From the NCBI RefSeq assembly GCF_006345805.1, contig NC_043025.1, positions 11,594,001 to 11,658,000 on the forward strand: a stretch of DNA of 64,000 nt, read 5' to 3'. Positions 53,428-64,000 of this stretch are shown one piece after another (the first letter of the stretch is position 1; every line of letters begins with the position of its first letter). The position numbers and the translations under genes are program-made. The DNA is from Octopus sinensis (Eukaryota). Under the pieces are notes generated by a model, which was not told where the DNA came from, made no database searches, and saw only the letters and a program-made list of their open reading frames with translations.

Positions 53428-53458
<31 letters not shown>

Positions 53459-53971
53459 GTGTGTGTGTGTGTGTTTGTGTGTGTGTATGTGTGTCGTCTG
53501 TGTGTGTGTGGGTCTGTGTGTGTGTGTGTATGTGTGTGTATGTGTATGTGTGTGTATGTGTGTGTGTATGTGTGTGTGTGTATGTGTGTTTGTGTGTGTG
53601 TATGTGTATGTGTGTATGTGTGTGTGTGTGGGGGGGGTGAGAGAGAGAGAGAGAAAGAAAGAGAGATGTGAAAGGAGAAATTAAATCGATAAATGAGAGG
53701 GAGAGAGAGAAAGAGGGAGAGATGTGAAGTAAGAGGGAGTGGGGAAGTCGGAGAGAGGGAAGGAATGAGAAAGAGAGAAGAGAGAGAGAGAGTAAGAGAG
53801 ACACGGTAAGAGAAAGATAGGTACCACGAAAGAGGGGGAGAGAGTGAGTGTGTGTAAGTGAGAGTGAGAGACAGAGAGTAAAAGGAGAGTGAAAGAGAGC
53901 GAGAGAGAGAAAGACAAAGTAGATGAGAGGGTGAAGGAGCGAAAAAGGAAGACAAGCAGAGAAAGAGAAAG

Positions 53972-54004
<33 letters not shown>

Positions 54005-55499
54005 TGAAGGAGAAAACGAGAAGAGACGAAGAAAGAGGGAGAAAAAGTGAGAGAGACAGACAGAGTAAAAGACTGAGAGAGAGAGAGAGAGAGAATAAAA
54101 GAGAAAGCGAAAGCGAAATAGCGTAAGGAAGATTGAGAGGGAGAGTAAGAGAGAGAAAAGAGAGAGAGAGGGAGAGAAAGCGAGAGAGACAGAGTAAAAG
54201 TGAGAGAGAGAAAAGAGAGAGCGAAAGGCAGAAAGAGAGTAATGGAGATTGAGAGGGAGTGTAAGAGAGAGAAAAGAGAGAGAGGGGGGAGAGAAAGCGA
54301 GAGAGAGATAGACAGAGTAAAAGAGTGAGAGAGAGAAAAAGAGTGAGCAAAAGGGAGAAAGAGTAAGGGAGATTGAGAGGAAGAGTAGGAGAGAGAAAAG
54401 AAAGAGAGAAAAGAAAGAGAGACAGAGAGAGGAGAGAGAGAAACAGCTTTTGACAGACGATAGTTGCCTGTTACGAGAGAGCCAAGAGAAATTTGCTCTG
54501 TTCCTTAGTAACAATGTTTATCAATGGCTAATTAACCCTAATTAACCATAATAAAGTAATTCAAATGTCTGAAGAATGTAAAGGATGCTAATAGGAGTGG
54601 GTTTCCTCCATTATTTTCACCAGTCAACTTTAAAATAAATAATCCTCCGCCCCCATTCGACATCCTCTCCATTTCTACAAATATTTAAATTACTTGATTG
54701 ATTTGTTTATTTATTGGTATATTGGAGTGGTCTCTCTTGGTGGGTTTGAAGTTATGAGGAACCTGTCGCTAGAAGGAGCTTTTCATTGCTGAGTTCATCT
54801 CTACCCTCTCTCTCTCTCTCATGGTGTGTGTGTCTCTCTCACTGTGTGTGTGTGTCTCTCTCTCACTGTGTGTGTGTGTGTCTCTCTCACTGTGTGTGTG
54901 TGTGTCTCTCTCACTGTGTGTGTGTCTCTCTCTCACTGTGTGTGTGTGTCTCTCTCTCTCTCATTGTGTGTGTGTCTCTCTCACTGTGTGTGTGTCTCTC
55001 TCTCACTGTGTGTGTGTGTCTCTCTCTCATGGTGTGTGTGTCTCTCTCTCATGGTGTGTGTGTGTGTCTCTCACTGTGTGTGTGTGTATGTCTCTCTCAC
55101 TGTGTGTGTGTTTATCTCTCTCTCTCTCTCATTGTGTGTGTCTCTCTCTCACTGTGTGTGTGTGTATGTCTCTCTCTCTCACCGTGTGTGTGTCTCTCTC
55201 TCTCATGGTGTGTGTGTGTGTGTGTCTCTCACTGTGTGTGTCCCTCTCTCTCTCACTGTGTGTGTGTCTCTCTCTCACGGTGTGTGTGTATCTCTCTCTC
55301 TCTCTCACTGTGTGTGTATCTCTCTCTCTCTCATTGTGTGTGTGTCTCTCTCTCACTGTGTCTGTGTGTGTGTGTCTCTCTCGCTCTCACTGTGTGTGTG
55401 TGTGTGTGCCTCTCTCTCTCTCTCTCTCACGGTGTGTGTGTATCTCTCTCTCTCCTCTCTCTCTCTCACACGGTGTGTGTATCTCTCTCTCTCACTGTG

Positions 55500-55536
<37 letters not shown>

Positions 55537-56340
55537 CTCTGCCGTATGAATATGTCCCTCGTTTAAGAAACAGATTGGGTTTAATTACCTTTTGACCGAC
55601 AGATTTTAAAATTGTTTTGTAACTAAACACTTTCAAACTTCGGACACTGGTAGAATGTGTCACATAAAACATCTTTTACTCTCAGCATTTTGGAGAAAAA
55701 CTTATATTTACGAAGTAATTTCACCACCATCACCACCACCGCCGCCACCACCACCACCGCCGCCGCCACCGCCACTACCACCACCACCACCACCACCACC
55801 ACCGCCACCACCATCACCACCACCACCACCGCCGCCGCCACCGCCACTACCACCACCACCATCACAACCACCGCCACTCCACCACCACCACCACCACCAC
55901 CACCACCACCGCCGCCACCACCACTACCACAACTACCACGACCACCACCACCACATCACCACACCCACCACCACCGCCGCCACCGCCACTACCACCACCA
56001 CCATCACCATCACCGCCGCCACCGCCACTACCACCACCACCACCACCACCACCGCCACCACCATCACCACCACCACCACCGCCGCCGCCACCGCCACTAC
56101 CACCACCACCATCACCACCACCGCCGCTACCACCACTACCACAACTACCACGACCACCACCACCACCACCACCACCACCACCACCACCACTACTACTAAT
56201 ACTACTTTTACTACCACCACCACCACCATCACCACCACCACCACCATCACCACCACCACCACCATCACCACCACCCCCGCCACCACCACCACCACCACCA
56301 CCACCACTATCACCACCACAGCCGCCGCAGCCGCGGTCAC
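53425..56340. repeat. (GT)n, (GA)-rich, alternating (CT)n(GT)n and (ACC)n arrays with short unique islands
   Basis: Direct reading. Confidence 0.9.
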
Positions 56341-56629
56341 ACCTGTCGTCTGCTTCTATCGCCATCGCCTTCCCCGTCGCCCTCTTCTTACGGCGCTTCC
56401 TCCCCACAATCACCTTCCCCCTTCTCCACCACCTCCTTCTTCCCATCGTCTGCTTTCCCCCTCTCCACAATTTGCTGCTCCTTTCCTCCTCCTCCTATTT
56501 TTCCTTTCCTTTCCTCACACTATTCCCCTCCTCTTCTTTCTCTTCCCTTTCCCTGTCCCTTTTTCCCTTCTTTCTCTTCTTGCTCTCTCTTCTTCCCTTA
56601 GCTTCTCTTCATCTTCCGCATCCCTCTCT

Positions 56630-56839
56630 TTTACTCTTTTACTCTTTTACTTGTTTCAGTCATTTGACTGCGGCCATGCTGGAGCACCGCCTTTAATCGA
56701 GCAACTCGACCCCCAGTACTTATTCTATCGGTCTCTTTTGCCGAACCGCTAAGTGACAGGGACGTAAACACACCAGCATCGGTTGTCAAGCAATGCTAGG
56801 GGGACAAACACAGATACACAAACACACACGCACATACAT

Positions 56840-56885
<46 letters not shown>

Positions 56886-57580
56886 CACAGGCTTCTTTCA
56901 GTTTCCGTCTACCAAATCCACTCACAAGGCATTGGTCGGCCCGGGGCTATAGCAGAAGACACTTGCCCAAGGTGCTATGCAGTGGGACTGAACCCGGAAC
57001 CATGTGGTTGGTAAGCAAGCTACTTACCACACAGCCACTCCTGCATATATATACATATATACAACGGGCTTCTTTCAGTTTCCGTCTACCAAATCCACTC
57101 ACAAGGCATTGGTCGGCCCGGGGCTATAGCAGAAGACACTTGCCCAAGGTGCTATGCAGTGGGACTGAACCCGGAACCATGTGGTTGGTAAGCAAGCTAC
57201 TTACCACACAGCCACTCCTGCATATATATACATATATACAACGGGCTTCTTTCAGTTTCCGTCTACCAAATCCACTCACAAGGCATTGGTCGGCCCGGGG
57301 CTATAGCAGAAGACACTTGCCCAAGGTGCTATGCAGTGGGACTGAACCCGCGGAACAATGTGGTTGGTAAGCAAGCTACTTACCACACAGCCACTCCTGC
57401 ATATATATATACATATATACAACGGGCTTCTTTCAGTTTCCGTCTACCAAATCCACTCACAAGGCATTGGTCGGCCCGGGGCTATAGCAGAAGACACTTG
57501 CCCAAGGTGCTATGCAGTGGGACTGAACCCGGAACCATGTGGTTGGTAAGCAAGCTACTTACCACACAGCCACTCCTGTG
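56630..57580 (-). mobile_element. Bipartite SINE with 4 tandem copies of its head module (period 177-181 bp)
   Basis: The GCTTCTTTCAG anchor recurs at 56891, 57068, 57245 and 57426. Confidence 0.85.
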
Positions 57581-57789
57581 CCTCTCTTCTTCTCTTTCTG
57601 CTTACACTATCTTCCCTATTTCTTTTCCTCTTCTTCTCACACTTTTCGTCCCTCTCTTCTTCATCTCTGTCGTCGTCTTCGTCCGTTTTCTTTCCCCTCC
57701 ATCCCGTCTGGTTTCCATCGTCACTACCATCGACAATAACTACACAACCACCCATCATCCTCTTCCTCACTTTTCTTATCGTCTGCGTT

Positions 57790-57834
57790 ATCTCTACTAC
57801 TACTACTACCACTACTACTACCACCACCACCACC

Positions 57835-57896
<62 letters not shown>

Positions 57897-57913
57897 CACC
57901 ACCACCACTACTG

Positions 57914-57944
<31 letters not shown>

Positions 57945-58017
57945 CACCACCACCACTACTACTACTACCACCACCACCACCACCACCACCACCACTACTA
58001 CCACCACCACCACCACC

Positions 58018-58070
<53 letters not shown>

Positions 58071-58074
58071 CACC

Positions 58075-58121
<47 letters not shown>

Positions 58122-58152
58122 CGCCACCACCACTACTACTACTACCACTACC

Positions 58153-58244
<92 letters not shown>

Positions 58245-58245
58245 C

Positions 58246-58292
<47 letters not shown>

Positions 58293-59850
58293 CGCCACCA
58301 CCACTACTACTACTACCACTACCACCACCACCACCACCACCACCACCGCTACTACTACTTCTACTACTTTCTTTTTCCTTTCTTTCTTTCTTTCCTTTCT
58401 TTCTTTCTTTCTTTCTTCTTTCTTTCTTTCTTTCTTCTTTCTTTCTTTCACTTTCTCCTTCCTACCTCGTTCTCACTCTTTATCATCGTCGCTTCCTCCG
58501 CTTCTCTCCTCCCTCTTTCCTCCCTCCATCTCCTTCTCCTTCGTCTTCTTCATTATCTTCTATGTTCACGCTCCCATTCTCCCTCCTCCTCCCCCTCCTC
58601 TTCCTCTACATAATCTTCACTGTCTTTCTATTTCCCTTCTCTGTTTTTTCCCTTCTCCTTCTACCCTTTCCTCTCTATTATTCTCTTCGTTCTCCTCTTC
58701 CTCTCTACGACTACTCTCCTACTCCTTCCTTTTCTATCTTTATCTCCTCCTCCCCTCTTCTAATTCCTTCTTCCTCTTTTCCTTCCTTTCCTTCGTCTTC
58801 TTTATTGTCTTGTTTCTATGAATCCTCCTCCCCCACCCCTCCCACATAATCTCCATCGTCTTCCTTTTCCTTTCTGCTCTTCCTCCCTCCCCTTTCCTCT
58901 CTATTGTTTTCAACACTAGCCTCTTCCTCTTCCTCATTCCTTCAATTACTACCCCTCTTCCTCCTCCTCCTATTACCTCTCTCCTTGTTCGTCTTCGTCC
59001 AGTCCCACCTCCTCTTACCCACTCTCTATATTCTTTTCGTCGTCTTCCATTCCCCCTCTCTCTTCTTTCCTATCTATCACTTTCTTCGTTCTCTTCCTCC
59101 TCCTCCTATTACCTCTCTCCTTGTTCGTCTTCGTCCAGTCCCACCTCCCCTTACCCACTCTCTATATCCTTTCCGTCGTCTTCCTTTCCCCTCTCTCTTC
59201 TTTCCTATCTATCACTTTCTTCGTTCTCTTCCTCCTCCTCCTCCTATTGCCTCTCTCCTTGTTCGTCTTCGTCCAGTCCCACCTCCCCTTACCCACTCTC
59301 TATATTCTTTCCGTCGTCTTCCTTTCCCCCCTCTCTCTTCTTTCCTATCTATCACTTTCTTCCTTCTCTTCCTCTCTACTACAACTATCACTCCTCCTCC
59401 TCCTCCTCCTCCCGCCTATCTCCACCTCCCCTCTTTATCGTTACCTTTCTTCTTCATAAACCTTCTCTCCACGTTTCCACCTCTCACTACCCCTCCTCAA
59501 CACATTCATCACCGTCCCCCTTCCTCTCTACTACAACTATTACTCCTCTTTCTCCTCCTCCTCCCGTCTATCTCCACCTCCCCTCTTCATCGTTACCTTT
59601 CTTCTTCATCACCTTCCCTCCACGTTCCCACCTCCCACTACCGCTCCTCAACACATTCACCACCGTGCCCTTTCCTCTTTCCTTCTACTCCCCTTCCTCC
59701 CCTTCTTCCATCTACTCCCCTTCCTCCCCTTTTTCCATCTACTCCCCTTCCTCCCCTTCTTCCATCTACTCCCCTTCCTCCCCTTCTTCCATCTACTCCC
59801 CTTCCTCCCCTTCTTCCATCTACTCCCCTTCCTCCCCTTCTTCCAACCCC
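57790..59850. repeat. Interleaved (TAC)/(CAC) array, (CTTT)n, pyrimidine-rich about 135-bp repeats and a 27-bp x6 minisatellite (59685-59846)
   Basis: Direct reading. The CTACTCCCC anchor recurs every 27 bp. Confidence 0.9.
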
Positions 59851-60738
59851 CTTTTTCTTATATTCCTCGACTTCTTCGTCTTCGTCTCGACGTTTTGGTG
59901 TAAACAACCTTCCATAGAAGAATTCTTCTACGGACGAATTTCACCAGAACTGTCGTCTGGCAGAGGTAAGCAAGCCAGCAGGCAACAATTATTAATTACT
60001 AATTACACACACATACACATGCATATATATAACATATATATATATACTTACATACATACATACACACATACATTCATACATACATACACACACACACATA
60101 CATACACACACACACATGCATATATATATATAACATATATATACATACGTTCACACCTTTGTGCACGTATGCATGCATACACACATATATACATACATAT
60201 ATATTCACAGATATACGTAGTACATACATTTATACACATTCATTCATTCATACATGCATGCGTACATGCATACACATATACGTATATACACATATACATA
60301 TATACATACACACACACACACACATATATATTATTATATATATACATACATATATATTCACAGTTATACGTAGTACATACATTTATACACATACATACAA
60401 AACATACATCCATTCATTCATACATGCGTACATGCATACACATATACACATATACACACACACATATATATATATATATGTTCACAGATATACATACGTA
60501 CATACATTTATACATATACTTACACACAAAACACATTCATTCATTCATTCATACATGCATGCGTAGATGCATACACATATACATATATACACACACTCAC
60601 ACACACATATATATATATATATTCACAGATATACATACGTACATACATTTATACACATACTTACATACAAAACATACATTCATTCATTCATACATGCATG
60701 CGTACATGCATACACACACACACACACACACATATATA

Positions 60739-60869
60739 CAGGGTGTCCAAAAAAAATGTATACACATAGTGGTTCGGCAAAAGAGAACGATAGAATAAGT
60801 ACTAGGCTTACAAAGAATAACAAATTTACAATTATTTAAGGTGTGTATACATTTTTTTGGGACACCCTG
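60739..60869. mobile_element. 131-bp Tc1/mariner-type MITE containing a SINE fragment
   Basis: TA|CAGGGTGTCCAAAAAAAATGTATACAC ... GTGTATACATTTTTTTGGGACACCCTG|TA. Confidence 0.85.
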
Positions 60870-61089
60870 TATATATATATTCACAGATATACATACGTAC
60901 ATACATTTATACACATACATACAAAACAAACATTCATTCATTCATACATGCATGCGTACATGCATACATATATACATACATATGTGTGTATGTCTCTGTT
61001 CTTCTCTATACGCACACATATTCATCCGTCGGTCTCTCTCTCTATATATATGTATATATATTTGTCTACCTAGCTAGCTAGTTCTATAT

Positions 61090-61113
61090 ACACTTAACCT
61101 TCTCTCATCTCTC

Positions 61114-61209
<96 letters not shown>

Positions 61210-61226
61210 CCTACCTACCTACCTAC

Positions 61227-61281
<55 letters not shown>

Positions 61282-61286
61282 CCTAC

Positions 61287-61380
<94 letters not shown>

Positions 61381-61500
61381 GTCTGTCTGTCTGTCTGTCT
61401 ACCTATCTATCTTTTTCTATCTATCCATCTATCTACCTATCTATCTATCCATCTACCTATCAGTCCGTCCGTCCATCCATCCATCCATCCATCTATATAT
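61090..61500. repeat. Compound tetranucleotide array (TCTA/TCTG/CCTA/TCCA)n
   Basis: Direct reading. Confidence 0.95.
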
Positions 61501-61564
61501 ATATATATATAAATCCTTAAATCCTTTAAAATGTTTTAGCCCGAAGGCCGCGGCCATGCTGGGG

Positions 61565-61602
<38 letters not shown>

Positions 61603-61831
61603 CACACAAATACACACACACACACATACATATATATGTATATATATGCGTGTGTACACACAAATACACACGCACACACATACATATGTGCGTATATCTG
61701 GGTTCTTCTCTCTTTCCATCATTCAATCAATCTATCCCTCTGTCTGCCCGTCAGTCAATCTATCTGTCTGTCTGTCTACCTTGCTATCATCTAGCTCTAT
61801 ATGCACTCAGTTGTCTCTCTCACTATATGCC

Positions 61832-61863
<32 letters not shown>

Positions 61864-63480
61864 CATACAATTTTACATCCCCCCACCCTTCGTGTCCTTG
61901 GTGACATTCGGCATCATCATCACCATCACTAGCAGCAGCAATAGCACCACCAGTAGAATTCTCTGCGACATTGACTTCCTCTTTCTCCGTATCATCATCA
62001 TCATCAACTACAGCAGCAGTTATATACATCAATGTACACAACTGCAAGGTGGTAGTGAATTTGGGAAGATGTTTAACGTATGTATATGTTTCCTGTGTAT
62101 ATGTATATAAACGGATGTACATACATACATTATATATATATATATATATACATACATTCACATAATGCATATAAAAAATATATATGCATATATATATATA
62201 ACTATAGACATGCATATATATATCTGTATGCATGCATATATATGCATGTATATGCTTATATATATATATATGCATATCTATATGCATGTGTTTTTTATAT
62301 GCATTATGTGTGTGTATATATATATATATACATACATTGAATGCATATAAAAATATATATTTACATATAGATATGTATATATATATAAGTATACACATGC
62401 ATATATATGCATATATTTGTATATATATATATATGCATATATACAATATATATGTATATAATATATACACATATAATTTATATATAATTTAATTATATAT
62501 ACATGTACATACACATATATATGTGTGTGTGTATATATAGATATAGATAGATGTACATATGTATACATGCATATATATATATATACACACACATATATAT
62601 ATGTATGGACATATATACATACATACATATATACATACGCATACATACATATATATATATGAGGCACAATGGTCCAATGGTTAGGGCAGTGGACTCGCGG
62701 GCATAGGTTCGTGGTTTCGATTCCCAGACCAGGCGTTGAGCGAAAACACCTAAAACTCTATGAGGCTCCGGCAGGGGGTAGTGACGATCCCTGCTGTACT
62801 CTTTCCCCACAACTTTGAATGGCGGTGCCCCAGCATGGCCACAGCTCGTGAGCTGAAACTAGATAAAATAAAATAAATAAATAAAAATGTATAGGCGCAG
62901 GAGTGGCTGTGTGGTAAGTAGCTTGCTAACCAACCACATGGTTCCAGGTTCAGTCCCACTGCGTGGCATCTTGGGCAAGTGTCTTCTGCTATAGCCCCGG
63001 GCCGACCAATGCCTTGTGAGTGGATTTGGTAGACGGAAACTGAAAGAAGCCTGTCGTATATATATATATTATATATATATATATATATGTATGATATGTA
63101 TGTGCGTGTATGTTTGTGTGTCTGTGTTTGTCCCCCTAGCATTGCTTGACAACCGATGCTGGTGTGTTTATGTCCCGGTCACTTAGCGGTTCGGCAAAAG
63201 AGACCGATAGAATAAGTACTGGGCTTACAAAGAATAAGTCCCGGGGTCGAGTTGCTTGATTAAAGGCGGTGCTCCAGCATGGCCGCAGTCAAATGACTGA
63301 AACAAGTAAATAAAAATATACATACATATATATATATATATACAGGTCATCATTGACTTATGACCACAACTGGTTCCGACTGACTGGTCATAAGTCAATC
63401 TGGTTGTAAGTCAGCTTATAGGCCTACGTCGTTTGTTTTATATTTTTACATTTGTAAGGTACATTCTCAGGTAAAAGTTA

Positions 63481-63893
63481 GGATCTTTTCGGTTTGAACG
63501 GCAGTTTTTTCTAGCTGTGTCATATGAAATTGTCACCCATAATTATGACCCTAGTATCGATCTATTGCATTTCAATCTGTTTTAGGGTTAGAGGTGGGGG
63601 AAGGGTATCTTTTTTTCTTCACAAATGTATATAAACCCAATCTGTTTCTTAAACGAGGGACATATCCATACGGCACAGAATGTTTTTTTTACCTCAATAG
63701 ACGTCATTGATTGGTTGAAATTGCAGAAATTGAAGAAAAAAAACAACAAATATCTTACAAAGTATAGAATTTTCTCAATAAATCCAAGAGAAAAAGATGT
63801 TTTATAAACACATTCTACCAGTATACGAAGTTTAAAAGTGTTTAGTTACGTGGAAATTATTTTAAAAAACTGCCGGTCAAACCGAAAAGATCC
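63481..63893 (+). mobile_element. Intact GGATC-TIR MITE (413 bp), inserted next to a Tigger-like fragment starting at 63343
   Basis: TIRs at both ends and a perfect 8-bp TSD aaaagtta (63473-63480 and 63894-63901). Confidence 0.9.
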
Positions 63894-64000
63894 AAAAGTT
63901 ATGCTCACCATTCTGTATTATACTATTATACTGGCACTAGTCAAAAATTCCAGAGTTTGAAGCAGTTGTCTTATAAACAAATATGAGGTTGCCTCGATGT

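Noticed and set aside
55655-59917. Long ORFs (365, 425, 298 and 337 aa) and the many other poly-H/T/V/Y/P/S ORFs in the track
   Set aside because: They are translations of stop-free microsatellites and SINEs, with no domain content or splice context.

Overview
This is eukaryotic, extremely repeat-rich genomic DNA. The SINE families, the (TA)n/(ACC)n/(AAT)n microsatellite load and the intron sizes point to an octopus or other coleoid cephalopod (inference). The only host protein gene I can support is an SVOP (SV2-related, MFS/SLC22-like transporter) orthologue on the minus strand. Eleven GT-AG coding exons run from ATG 44779 down to 371 and splice in phase into 381 codons; the gene continues off the left edge. 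The introns and the 45-64 kb upstream region contain several tRNA-type SINE families, RTE, CR1 and R4/Dong-type LINE fragments, hAT, mariner, pogo, piggyBac and GGATC-TIR MITEs, three non-autonomous Helitrons and many tandem duplications. One near-canonical tRNA-His(GTG) lies in intron 5. The most notable unexplained signal is a set of type I hammerhead ribozyme folds read directly from the sequence. Two different hammerheads at 29065-29320 (+) bracket a 177-nt structured RNA beside a 462-bp foldback. A further hammerhead at 25241-25311 lies in the sense of the SVOP pre-mRNA, and a decayed Penelope-type minimal hammerhead lies at 18902-18938. A pogo-like MITE also appears to have captured the SVOP exon-2 splice-acceptor region and moved it about 9 kb upstream. 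Repeat-family names are pattern-based, since no database search was run, and repeat boundaries are approximate unless termini or TSDs are quoted.
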